Notes under the pieces: model-generated | What the model was told of the DNA's origin: nothing | Databases searched by the model: none | Seen by the model: the letters and a program-made list of their open reading frames with translations, nothing else | Assembly: GCA_965203905.1 (NCBI GenBank) | Contig: CBDBDQ010000005.1 | Location: 2,496,001 to 2,560,000 of the forward strand | Direction: 5' to 3' | Source of the DNA: Spirochaetia bacterium | GTDB taxonomy: Bacteria; Spirochaetota; Spirochaetia; SZUA-6; Bin103 | Length of the DNA: 64,000 nucleotides | Shown: positions 8,229-17,061 of the stretch, in pieces | How the letters are laid out: each line of letters begins with the position of its first letter | How positions within the stretch are numbered: position 1 is the stretch's first letter | Made by a program: the position numbers and the translations under genes

Positions 8229-9680
8229 ATGCCTACCCTGCGAATCTTCAACACCCTCGGCCGCGAGGTGCAGGAATTCGTGCCCCGTACGGAGGGCACC
8301 GTGCGGCTTTACTCGTGCGGTCCCACGGTCTACGACTATGCCACGATCGGCAACTTCCGCACCTTCATCTTCGTCGACGTGCTGCGCCGTACGCTGTCTG
8401 CCCTCGGCTACGAGGTGCGCCACATGATGAACATCACCGACGTCGGGCACCTCGCCAGCGACGCCGACGAGGGCGAGGACAAGATGGTGGCCGGCGCGCG
8501 CCGCGAGGGCACCACGGTATGGGAGACCGCGGCGTTCTACACCGAGCGGTTCTTCGCCGATGGCACCGCCCTCAACCTGCTCCGTCCGCACGTGGTGGCC
8601 AAGGCCACCGACCACATCCCCGACATGATCGCGCTGATCCGGCGTCTGGAGGAGCGCGGATTCACCTACGTGGCCGGCGGCAACGTGTTCTTCGACGTGG
8701 CCCGGTTTGCTCGCTACGGCGAGTTGGCGCTGCTTGACCGCCAGATGCTGCAGGCCGGAGCTCGTATCAGCGTGGACCAGTCGAAGCGCAATCCCGAGGA
8801 CTTCGGCCTCTGGTTCACCCGGTCGAAGTTCGAGAATCAGGCGATGATCTGGGACTCGCCCTGGGGGCGCGGCTATCCGGGCTGGCACATCGAGTGCAGC
8901 GCCATGGCGATGCGCTATCTGCAGCAGCAATTCGACATCCACTGCGGTGGCATCGACCTGATACCGGTGCACCACACCAACGAGATCGCCCAGGCCGAGG
9001 CGGCCCTGGGGATCGAGCCGCAATCCGCCGAGCGTTGGGTCAACTACTGGTGTCACGGCGAGTTCCTGATGGTGAACGGGGCCAAGATGTCCAAGTCGAA
9101 GGGCAACTGGGTGACCATCGGTCAGCTCCAGGAGCAGGGCTACGACGCCCTGGATTTCCGCTTCTTCGTACTCGGCGCCCATTACCGCGCGCATCAGAAC
9201 TTCACCCTGCGGGCACTGGCCGCGGCACGGAGCGCCAGGCTGGGTCTGATCGCCCGCGTCGCGGAGCTGGCGCGGCGGGCAGGCTGCGACCTCCGTGCAC
9301 TGGAACCCGCCGACGCCTGCCATCCGGCGGTGCGCGAGGCGCTGGGCCATGCGGCCACCGATCTGGCCATGCCGCGCGTATTGGCGAGCCTGTGGCAACT
9401 GGTCAAGGGTGACGAGGGCGATCCGGAGCAGTCGTTGCGGGCGGTGGCGGCGATCGACGGAATTCTGGGCCTGCGGCTGTTGCCGACGGCGGCGGCCTCC
9501 GGGAGTGCCGATGACGCCGATCCCGCAGTCGATGCCCTGGTGCGGGAGCGGGAGGCGGCACGCCGGCGCCGCGATTACGACCGCGCCGACGTGATCCGTG
9601 CGGAGCTGGCGCAGCGCGGAATCGAGTTGCGGGACACCCCGAGCGGCACGGTATGGAAGCGCTCCGGCGGCGCGGAGTAG
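8229..9680 (+). CDS. cysS: Cysteine--tRNA ligase
   Basis: YSCGPTVY, MNITDVGH, PWGRGYPGWHIECSAM, DIHCGGIDL, HHTNE, KMSKS. Confidence 0.98.
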   Translation: MPTLRIFNTLGREVQEFVPRTEGTVRLYSCGPTVYDYATIGNFRTFIFVDVLRRTLSALGYEVRHMMNITDVGHLASDADEGEDKMVAGARREGTTVWETAAFYTERFFADGTALNLLRPHVVAKATDHIPDMIALIRRLEERGFTYVAGGNVFFDVARFARYGELALLDRQMLQAGARISVDQSKRNPEDFGLWFTRSKFENQAMIWDSPWGRGYPGWHIECSAMAMRYLQQQFDIHCGGIDLIPVHHTNEIAQAEAALGIEPQSAERWVNYWCHGEFLMVNGAKMSKSKGNWVTIGQLQEQGYDALDFRFFVLGAHYRAHQNFTLRALAAARSARLGLIARVAELARRAGCDLRALEPADACHPAVREALGHAATDLAMPRVLASLWQLVKGDEGDPEQSLRAVAAIDGILGLRLLPTAAASGSADDADPAVDALVREREAARRRRDYDRADVIRAELAQRGIELRDTPSGTVWKRSGGAE

Positions 9681-9713
9681 GCCGGGTGCGGTGGAGAATA
9701 TGTGTGGCGGGTC

Positions 9714-9745
9714 TGTAACCTATGCCCGCTAGAGTTGTTTTTCTA
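9714..9745 (+). promoter_or_regulatory. Putative ECF-sigma autoregulated promoter
   Basis: TGTAACC (AAC-type -35) followed ~15 nt later by TGTT, directly upstream of the ECF gene. Confidence 0.45.
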
Positions 9746-9789
9746 TGCGGCGACCGGAATGCCGGCCACAGCGACGGGATGGGGACGGG

Positions 9790-10302
9790 ATGAGGGAGTA
9801 CGATTTCGATCGTGTCTATCAGGAGCTGTTCCCGACCGTGTTTCGCGTGGCGTTTCGGATCGCCGGCGATCGTGGTTTAGCTGAGGATCTCGCCCACGAG
9901 GCGTTTCTGCGACTGATCAGGAGGGAAACGCCGTTGCCCGACATTGACCAGACCAGGTACTGGCTGTTGCGGGTGGTTCGGAACTTGTCGCTCAACCACG
10001 AAAAACGTCGCCAACGGGAACGCCGCGCAGTGGGCCGTCTCGAGGGTGACACCGAAACCTTTGCGTTGCCCGCCGACGCCGCCCTGATGAAGGCGGCTAC
10101 GCGGGACGCGGTTCAGGAGGCACTGAACGCACTTCCGCACAACATGCGCACCGCGCTGGTCCTGCGGGAGTTCGTCGGCATGAGCTACCGAGAAATAAGC
10201 TCGGTGCTGGGGATCAGCGAAAGCAACGTCAAGGTGCGGCTGCATCGCGCTCGCCAGCAACTCGCCAAACGGCTGTCCCCCGGGGTGCCTCATGTGCCCT
10301 GA
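9790..10302 (+). CDS. ECF (sigma-70 group 4) RNA polymerase sigma factor
   Basis: AEDLAHEAFLRL and YWLLRVVRNLSLN (region 2); ALVLREFVGMSYREISSVLGISESNVKVRLHRAR (region 4). Confidence 0.95.
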   Translation: MREYDFDRVYQELFPTVFRVAFRIAGDRGLAEDLAHEAFLRLIRRETPLPDIDQTRYWLLRVVRNLSLNHEKRRQRERRAVGRLEGDTETFALPADAALMKAATRDAVQEALNALPHNMRTALVLREFVGMSYREISSVLGISESNVKVRLHRARQQLAKRLSPGVPHVP

Positions 10303-10849
10303 GCGCGCACTGCTGTCGCCGTACGTCGACGGTGAACTGGATCTGCGCAAGGCGCAGCGGGTCGAGGCGCACGTAGCCGGATGCGACAGCTGTCGCCTGC
10401 GCCTGCGCGCCTACCAGCGGGTGAGCCACGCTCTTCTGGAGAGCCACGAGCCGGACGTACACGCCGCCGGGGACCGCGTATGGCGGCGTCTGGACCTGGC
10501 CCTGCAGGCGGCCCGTCGCCAGGCGTCGTTCTGGACCCGAGGGATACGCGTCACCGCACCGGTTGCGGTGGCGGCCATGGTGGGTGTCACGCTGTTGATC
10601 ACCAGCGTGGCGCTCTGGGCACGCATCAGCGATACCCGCAGCGGGCTGGCGAACCTCGACGCCGCGGGAGTGTCCCGTGCCAGCGCTCCGGCCGAGATCG
10701 AGCCGTGGCCGACGCAGGGTGCGATCGTCATTCAGTTGCCGGCCGAGTCGCAGTTTCTCCAGCTCGGCACCCCGGCGATCCTGCGGGAAGCGGAGCTGGC
10801 GCAGGTCGCCGGGCTGGAGTTGGCACCGGGAGACGCAGAGTCGCGATGA
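10292..10849 (+). CDS. Zinc-binding anti-sigma factor (zf-HC2), single TM
   Basis: LSPYVDGEL...EAHVAGCDSC HxxxCxxC motif, TM segment, overlaps the sigma gene. Confidence 0.9.
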   Translation: MCPERALLSPYVDGELDLRKAQRVEAHVAGCDSCRLRLRAYQRVSHALLESHEPDVHAAGDRVWRRLDLALQAARRQASFWTRGIRVTAPVAVAAMVGVTLLITSVALWARISDTRSGLANLDAAGVSRASAPAEIEPWPTQGAIVIQLPAESQFLQLGTPAILREAELAQVAGLELAPGDAESR

Positions 10850-11469
10850 GTCGGCACGGTCACTCCGTGACACGGAAGGCGATGAAATCCGATGCACTGA
10901 CATCGTCTGCTGGCCGACATTTTCGGGTCAGTGCTCTCCCGACACCCGCGGCTGTAGTCCTCCGCCTGCCGGTTACGGTACTGGCGGCGGTGACCCTGGT
11001 GGCGGTCGCGATAGCCGGCGCTGAATCGCAGCCTCCAGGCAGCATCGAGGACGCACTGCGCTCGGCGTTGGATGACAAACTGGAAATCAAGATCGGACTG
11101 TCGCTGACGCAAGCCGATCAGTACACCACCTGGAACACGCAGCAGTCCGAACTCACCATCTCCGGCCGTTCCGTGAACGTGGAGGTGACCGGCAGCAACA
11201 TCCGCATTCACGCCGTGTTCACCCCCTACCTTGACGACGCCGGCGATCTCGAACTGGTGGCTCAGGGGCAGGTGTGGCTGGACGATGGCCCCGCGGCGCC
11301 GGCCCGGTACGTTGCCACGTATCGTAGCGTGCCCCTCTCGTTGGGCGAAAAACTGCTCTTCTTCCCGCTTGGCATCTCCGGCGACGTGGTCGATGAGGTG
11401 ACGCTGAAGCTGGAGGTCGAGATCGTCCGGTACCAGCCCGCTGCCGGCACCAGGATGGCCGGTCGTTAG
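10846..11469 (+). CDS. Hypothetical exported protein in the ECF operon
   Basis: ATGA overlap with the anti-sigma stop; hydrophobic signal/TM, then a beta-rich domain (LVAQGQVW, LGEKLLFFPLG). Confidence 0.7.
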   Translation: MSRHGHSVTRKAMKSDALTSSAGRHFRVSALPTPAAVVLRLPVTVLAAVTLVAVAIAGAESQPPGSIEDALRSALDDKLEIKIGLSLTQADQYTTWNTQQSELTISGRSVNVEVTGSNIRIHAVFTPYLDDAGDLELVAQGQVWLDDGPAAPARYVATYRSVPLSLGEKLLFFPLGISGDVVDEVTLKLEVEIVRYQPAAGTRMAGR

Positions 11470-11634
11470 GAGTCTGTTCGATTGCGACAGACCACTGACG
11501 GCGCAGAAGGGCGACGCTCGGGGGGCACAGGCGAATGGTCGGCAGCGCCGAAGCGGGGCGCCGGCGCCGGTTCTCCGGCTCCAGTCTGACCGGCCGTCGC
11601 CAACGGCAGCCGCCGCTGACCTCCGCGGCCACCC

Positions 11635-13278
11635 ATGCGCATACCATCGCTGTCACCGCCGGCGCGCGCGCTGGTTCCCATCGTGGCGCTGGTCGTGCTG
11701 CTCGCCGTGCTGCTTGCCGGTTCGGCCGGCCGCCGTCCGGTGATCGACGCCGCCGACCCGCGCATCGGCCGGGGCGGCGACCCGCTGATCGTGACCGGCC
11801 GCAACTTCGGCGCCGAACGCAACGGGGGATACGTAGAAATCGCCGGCGTGACCCCGCGCAGCAACGCCTATCTGGAGTGGAGCGACAGCCGCATCAGCGT
11901 GCGCGTGCCGCGGGAGGTCAGGTCGGGATTCGTGCACGTCGTGGTGGGTGGCAACCGCAGCAACGGCGTCCTGTTCGCCAATCGCGACTTCCTGCCGGCG
12001 GTCGTGACCGGACCGGCCGCCGCCGGCCAGCCGCTGATCGCCGCGACCGACAAGTCGCGCGCCGCGGTCGGTGAGCTGGTCGTCATCAGTGGCAAGCACT
12101 TCGGTCTGCAGCGCGGCACCTCGGCGGTGCTGTTCACCTGGCTCGCCGGCGACCCGGTGCTTCCCGGCGTCGGAGAGCCCGGCGTCATCGCGGCCGACGA
12201 GTACGATCTGGACTACGAGAGCTGGTCGGACACCGAAATCCGGGTGCGCGTGCCCGATGGCGCCGCCACCGGCAACGTCGTGGTGCGCACCGACAAGGGT
12301 CTCAGCAATGAGGTGTTCTTCGAGGTCAGCTCCAACGTCGGGAGCAAACGTTATGCCGCGCGCCGAACCTATTCGGTACGGGTAGACTCGTCAGTCGCCA
12401 ACATTCGCGCGGTGCGCCCCAACGAGCTGTACCTGTGGGTGCCGCGCGTGTGGCAGTCGCCGGCGCAGCGCAACGTGCGCCTGGTGTACCGCGAGCCCGA
12501 ACCCCTGTACGACAACGTGGCAGGGGTCACGGTCTACCACTTCAGCGACCTGGTCCCCGGTGGGGTATACGACGTCACGCAACACTTCATCTTCGAACGC
12601 TACGCCATCGAGACGGTGGTTGCGAGCGGCCGGGTGGCGGAGTACGACACCGCGGCCCGTGCCTACCGCACCTTTACCGCGGCGGACGCGCTGGTTCCCG
12701 CGGACCACCAGCAGGTAACCGCGCTGGCGGAGCGCCTCAGCCGCGGCCGGAGCAATCCGTGGCAACGCGCCCGCGCCATCTACGATGGGGTGCTCGCGCG
12801 CCTGACCTATCGCGCGCAGGGGGCTTCCGATCCGGCCGCAGCGCTCAGCGAAGGCATCGGCAATGCATACGATTTCGCCCTGCTCTACACCGCTCTGCTG
12901 CGCGCTGCCGGTGTCCCCGCCCGCCCCATCGCGGGCTATGTCGTCGAGTCCCCCGAGCGCGTGCATGCCCACTTCTGGGCCGAGTTCTACCTGCATCGCT
13001 TCGGCTGGGTGCCGGTCGATCCCGCCCTCGGCGCCGGCGCTCCACTGGTGGGTCTCGAGAACGACCTCGATCCTGCGGAGTTCTACTTCGGCAATCTCGA
13101 CAATCGCCATCTGGCCCTCTCCAAGGGAGTGCTGGCCACCGGCAAGATCGACCCGGCCGGCAGGACGGTTCGGCGCTCCCACCTCGGCACGCTGCAGCTG
13201 CATCACGAGGAGGCGGTGGGCGGGCTCACTTCCTACAGCGCGCGCTGGAATGGAATATCGATCCTGGGCGTGTATTGA
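11635..13278 (+). CDS. Exported protein with IPT/TIG repeats and a transglutaminase-like domain
   Basis: Two repeats of VTGRNFG/ISGKHFG...WSD..I.VRVP; FALLYTALLRAAGVPARPIAG, HFWAEFYL, GWVPVDP. Confidence 0.88.
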   Translation: MRIPSLSPPARALVPIVALVVLLAVLLAGSAGRRPVIDAADPRIGRGGDPLIVTGRNFGAERNGGYVEIAGVTPRSNAYLEWSDSRISVRVPREVRSGFVHVVVGGNRSNGVLFANRDFLPAVVTGPAAAGQPLIAATDKSRAAVGELVVISGKHFGLQRGTSAVLFTWLAGDPVLPGVGEPGVIAADEYDLDYESWSDTEIRVRVPDGAATGNVVVRTDKGLSNEVFFEVSSNVGSKRYAARRTYSVRVDSSVANIRAVRPNELYLWVPRVWQSPAQRNVRLVYREPEPLYDNVAGVTVYHFSDLVPGGVYDVTQHFIFERYAIETVVASGRVAEYDTAARAYRTFTAADALVPADHQQVTALAERLSRGRSNPWQRARAIYDGVLARLTYRAQGASDPAAALSEGIGNAYDFALLYTALLRAAGVPARPIAGYVVESPERVHAHFWAEFYLHRFGWVPVDPALGAGAPLVGLENDLDPAEFYFGNLDNRHLALSKGVLATGKIDPAGRTVRRSHLGTLQLHHEEAVGGLTSYSARWNGISILGVY

Positions 13279-13437
13279 AGGTCGATCCGGGCGCCGCATC
13301 GCCGCCGCATCGCCGCATCCCGCCGCCTCGACAGGCGCGCGCGGGCGTGGCACGATCTGCCCGCCCATGGCGCATCGGAAACCATCGTCAGGCGGCACCG
13401 GCCGGGCATCGAATCCGGACGCCGACCGGTCCACGCA

Positions 13438-14376
13438 GTGACCGCGCCGGCGCGGTGGTCGACCACCGCTGCAACGTACCGTGATGGAGAGCCGCGGGGC
13501 GACGCCATTCGGGCCCTGGCGCTCGACCTCGACGGAACGCTGCTGACCAGCGACAAGAGGGTTTCCGCGGACTCCCGGGCAACGCTGCACGCGCTGCTGG
13601 CGCGCAACCTGAAGATCGTGGTGGTCACCGGCAAGGCGCCGCGGCTCAGTGCCCGCTGTCTGGCGCCTCTCGACCTGCCGATGGTGTGCCTCGATGGTGC
13701 GGTGCACGTGGCGGCAGGCGTCGAGCGGTGGGTGCCCGCCACCACCATCGCCACCTCGCTGGCCGAGGAGGTGCTGGCGGCCAGCGACGCGCCGTGCTAC
13801 GTGCTCGCCGCCGGCACCACGTTGGTACGCGGCGCAGTCGAGGAGGCGCAGTTCAGCGACTGGTCCGACCGCGTCTCACCGCTGACCTCGTCGCGGTCGC
13901 TGCGGTGCGTCACCCACATGGTGTTCCCACACCGTGACCGCGGGCTGCTGACCAGTCTGGCACGCCGGGTGCAACAGCTCGAGCGGCGGCTCGGTGGCGC
14001 CGAACTCGGCATCCACGTTACCGACGAGCCGTTCTTCGGCAACTACAGTCTGTTCATACGTCGTGCCGGCTGCACCAAGCTGCGTGGCATGCAGTCCCTG
14101 GCCCGGCGGCTGCGCTTCTCCCTCGGCGAGATCATGTTCATCGGTGACTGGGTGAACGACATCCCGCTGCTGCGCGAGGTGGGGTTCCCGGTGGCCATGC
14201 GCCACGCGCCGCCCCCGGTCAGCTCGTGCGCCCGTGCCATGACCCTGTTCGGCAACGACGAGGAAGGCGTAGGTCGTTTCCTGCGGGCCTACTTCGCCAT
14301 CGTTCCCGGCGCCGGTGTGTCCCGCACGAGAGCAGCGGAAGGGGCGCCGGCGGCCGCGTCACGCGGACGCTGCTGA
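13438..14376 (+). CDS. Cof-type HAD-IIB hydrolase
   Basis: ALDLDGTLL, VVTGK, FIGDWVNDIPLL, GNDEEGV. Confidence 0.9.
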   Translation: MTAPARWSTTAATYRDGEPRGDAIRALALDLDGTLLTSDKRVSADSRATLHALLARNLKIVVVTGKAPRLSARCLAPLDLPMVCLDGAVHVAAGVERWVPATTIATSLAEEVLAASDAPCYVLAAGTTLVRGAVEEAQFSDWSDRVSPLTSSRSLRCVTHMVFPHRDRGLLTSLARRVQQLERRLGGAELGIHVTDEPFFGNYSLFIRRAGCTKLRGMQSLARRLRFSLGEIMFIGDWVNDIPLLREVGFPVAMRHAPPPVSSCARAMTLFGNDEEGVGRFLRAYFAIVPGAGVSRTRAAEGAPAAASRGRC

Positions 14377-14438
14377 TTTGCCCGGCCCGGAGGAGCTTGC
14401 CCGATGACCGCTGCCGGCAGGCGGCGCGGCTCCGGGAA

Positions 14439-14510
14439 AGGCGCCGACCGGAATCGAACCGGTGTATAAAGGTTTTGCAGACCTCTCCCTTACCACTTGG
14501 GTACGGCGCC
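14439..14510 (-). tRNA. tRNA-Cys (GCA)
   Basis: Reverse complement GGCGCCGTACCCAAGTGGTAAGGGAGAGGTCTGCAAAACCTTTATACACCGGTTCGATTCCGGTCGGCGCCT forms a cloverleaf with anticodon GCA; CCA not encoded. Confidence 0.97.
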
Positions 14511-14514
14511 ACGG

Positions 14515-14551
14515 TTGCCCAGAAGTTAGAAAATGTCATAGGCTTTGTAAA
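14515..14551. promoter_or_regulatory. Overlapping divergent sigma70-type promoters (tRNA-Cys and dehydrogenase operon)
   Basis: Minus strand TTTACA(14551-14546)-17-TAACTT(14528-14523); plus strand TTGCCC(14515)-18-TAGGCT(14539). Confidence 0.55.
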
Positions 14552-14552
14552 G

Positions 14553-15020
14553 GTGCAGTACCCTCAAGAGCGCCGGCTGCCCTCCAACGCCGACCTGCAA
14601 GATCTGCTGGCCAAGGCGATGACGCGGCTCGAGAACTGGCGTCTCGAGCTGGAGAGGAATCCCAATCCGCGTATGGTGCACGCGCTGCGCAACATCCTCG
14701 GTCACATGGAGTCCATTGCCCGCGTCGCCGAAACCAAGGCGGCATTTTCCTACAAGCATCTTTCGCGGCAGATGTCGCTCCTCATCGCCGCGGTAGCCGA
14801 ACTCAACCTGGCCATCACCGAGGCGCTGGATGATGACGACGTCATCGACGCCCGCGAGGAACAACGCATCAATGCCAGTCTCAAGCGCGTGGTGGAGGCC
14901 GCCGTCGAGCTCATCCGCATCGTCCAGCACGGTTTCGTGCTGAGTCGGCGCTTCCTGGACGGTGTCGCTGACGTCCGGCCTGCGGTCGGTGCCGGCTCCA
15001 GCGCCGAGGAGAACCGGTGA
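14553..15020 (+). CDS. Hypothetical helical protein with a phage CII/YmfL-like C-terminal motif
   Basis: GTG 14553; AELNLAITEALDDDDVIDAREEQRI; GTGA overlap with the E1 alpha gene. Confidence 0.7.
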   Translation: MQYPQERRLPSNADLQDLLAKAMTRLENWRLELERNPNPRMVHALRNILGHMESIARVAETKAAFSYKHLSRQMSLLIAAVAELNLAITEALDDDDVIDAREEQRINASLKRVVEAAVELIRIVQHGFVLSRRFLDGVADVRPAVGAGSSAEENR

Positions 15021-16084
15021 GCGCGTTGCTGCAACTGCTGGCGCCGGACGGAGACGTCACGCCGGTCCCCGAGTACGCCGGTTACGAAATGACCGACGAG
15101 CAGCTCCAGGCGGCCTATCACTACATGGTCAACGCCCGCGCCGCGGACGAGTGGGCGTTCAGCCTCAACCGTCAGGGACGTCTCGGAACCTACCCACCGG
15201 CGACCGGCCAGGAGGCCAACGGTGTCGGCGCCATGATGGCGTTGCGTGAGGACGACTGGCTGGTGCCCACCTATCGCGAGCTGGGGGGCCTGCTGGTACG
15301 AGGCGTGCCGCTGAAGCAGTTCTACCTCTACTGGCTCGGCAACGAGCATGGCAGCGCCTACGAGCGGGAGCTGTATCACCTCACGCCCATCGTGCTGCCG
15401 ATCGGTTCGCAGCTCCCCCATGCGGTTGGGCTGGCGTTCGCCGAGCGCTATCAGGGCAGCGACCGCATCGCCATCGCCTTCGTCGGCGAGGGCGGTACTT
15501 CGGAAGGAGACTTCCACGAAGCGCTGAACTTCGCCGGGGTGTGGCAGGTGGGGACCATCTTCTTCGTGCAGAACAACCAGTACGCCATCTCGGTACACCG
15601 CGATCAGCAGACCGCCAGCGCTTCCATCGCCCAGAAGGCGACCGCCTACGGCTTCGAAGGAGTCCAGGTGGACGGCAACGACGTGACGGCGGTCTACGCG
15701 GCCACCGCGGCGGCCGCCGCCAAGGCGCGCTCCGGGGGCGGTCCCACCCTGATAGAGGGCCTGACCTATCGCATCGGGCCGCATACCACCTCGGACGACC
15801 CGAGCCGCTATCGTACCGTCGAGGAAGTCGCCAAGTGGAAGAATCGCGACCCTATCGTGCGGCTGCAGAAGCTGTTGCTGCGCAAGCGCCTGATGGACGA
15901 GGCGGAGCTGCAGAGCGTGGTCACCGCGGCGCGGGCGCGGGCGCGCAGTGAATTCGACGCCGTGGAGCAGTTCGAACGACCGTCCCTGGAAGACACCTTC
16001 CGCTACGTCTACGCCGACATGCCCGAGCTGTTTCAGCGGCAGCTGGCCGAACGCCGCCGGCGTCTGGAGCGGACCGGTACGTGA
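15017..16084 (+). CDS. pdhA: Pyruvate/2-oxoacid dehydrogenase E1 alpha
   Basis: LNRQGRLGTY, GQEA, PTYRE, GEGGTSEGDFHEALNFA TPP motif, QNNQYAIS, HTTSDDPSRYR; branched-chain specificity not excluded. Confidence 0.9.
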   Translation: MSALLQLLAPDGDVTPVPEYAGYEMTDEQLQAAYHYMVNARAADEWAFSLNRQGRLGTYPPATGQEANGVGAMMALREDDWLVPTYRELGGLLVRGVPLKQFYLYWLGNEHGSAYERELYHLTPIVLPIGSQLPHAVGLAFAERYQGSDRIAIAFVGEGGTSEGDFHEALNFAGVWQVGTIFFVQNNQYAISVHRDQQTASASIAQKATAYGFEGVQVDGNDVTAVYAATAAAAAKARSGGGPTLIEGLTYRIGPHTTSDDPSRYRTVEEVAKWKNRDPIVRLQKLLLRKRLMDEAELQSVVTAARARARSEFDAVEQFERPSLEDTFRYVYADMPELFQRQLAERRRRLERTGT

Positions 16085-17058
16085 AGTCGGCAAGTCTCCT
16101 CGCCGCCATCAACACCGCATTGGCGGAGGCCTTGGAGGAGGACGACTCGGTGGTCGTCTACGGCGAAGACATAGGGGTCAACGGCGGGGTGTTCCAGGTC
16201 ACCGCGGGGTTGCAGGAGCGGTTCGGGGTGCGCCGCTGCTTCGATTCGCCGCTGGCGGAGAGCGCCCTGGTCGGCACCGCGGTGGGCATGGCGATGGCCG
16301 GGCTCAAGCCGGTGGTGGAGATTCAGTTCAGCGGCTTCGCCTGGCCGGCGTTCAACCAGATCGTGTGCCACGCGGCGCGCACCCGAAATCGCAGCCGCGG
16401 CACCCTCACCCTGCCGCTGGTGATCCGCATGCCGTACGGCGGCAACCTCAAGGCCCTGGAGCACCACGTCGAGAGCATGGAGGCCACGTTCGCCCATGTC
16501 CCCGGTCTCAAGGTGGTGATCCCCTCCACTCCGCATGACGCCAAGGGGCTGCTTCTGGGGGCGATTCGGGATCCCGACCCGGTGATCTACATGGAGCCCA
16601 AGCGCTCCTACCATTCACCCCAGCAGGAGATCCCGGAGTCACCGTACAGCCTGCCGCTGGGCCGGGCGCGGGTGGAACAGCGAGGGGAAGCGGTCACCCT
16701 GATCGCCTACGGGGCGATGATGCGCGAGGCTCGTGCTGCCGCCGCCCACCTGCGGGGGCGTGGCGTCGCGGTGGAGCTGATCGATCTGCGTACCATCTAT
16801 CCGTACGACTGCGATGCAGTGCTGAGTTCGGTGCGGAAGACGGGCCGCGTCGTGGTGGTGCATGAGGGTCCGCGTTCGTTCGGGGTGGCGGCGGAGCTGA
16901 TCGCGCTGGTCACGGAGGAGTTGTTCATGTATCTGGAGGCGCCGCCACGACGAGTGACCGGCAGCGATGCCGTGATTCCGCTCCCGGCGGCGGAACACTA
17001 CTACTTCGTCACCGCCGAGCATATCGTGGACGCGGTTCAGGAGACCGTGGAGTTTTAG
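16081..17058 (+). CDS. pdhB: Pyruvate/2-oxoacid dehydrogenase E1 beta
   Basis: GEDIGVNGGVF, DSPLAES, EIQFSGF, EHHVES, PGLKVVIPSTP, IDLRTI. Confidence 0.9.
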   Translation: MKSASLLAAINTALAEALEEDDSVVVYGEDIGVNGGVFQVTAGLQERFGVRRCFDSPLAESALVGTAVGMAMAGLKPVVEIQFSGFAWPAFNQIVCHAARTRNRSRGTLTLPLVIRMPYGGNLKALEHHVESMEATFAHVPGLKVVIPSTPHDAKGLLLGAIRDPDPVIYMEPKRSYHSPQQEIPESPYSLPLGRARVEQRGEAVTLIAYGAMMREARAAAAHLRGRGVAVELIDLRTIYPYDCDAVLSSVRKTGRVVVVHEGPRSFGVAAELIALVTEELFMYLEAPPRRVTGSDAVIPLPAAEHYYFVTAEHIVDAVQETVEF

Positions 17059-17061
17059 GCT

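Noticed and set aside
6069-9398. 1109-aa minus-strand ORF ending in a macrodomain
   Set aside because: Only the last 183 aa are real; the rest is the antisense shadow of cysS and the upstream gene, as expected at high GC.
11466-11490. TAGGAGTCTGTTCGA resembling an IS/MITE end
   Set aside because: No matching inverted partner, target duplication or transposase found.
13290-13330. Short GCCGCATC repeats
   Set aside because: Three low-complexity copies without spacers; not a CRISPR array or iteron set.
14376-14510. tRNA-Cys as an integration site
   Set aside because: No integrase, no duplicated tRNA 3' end and no compositional island nearby.
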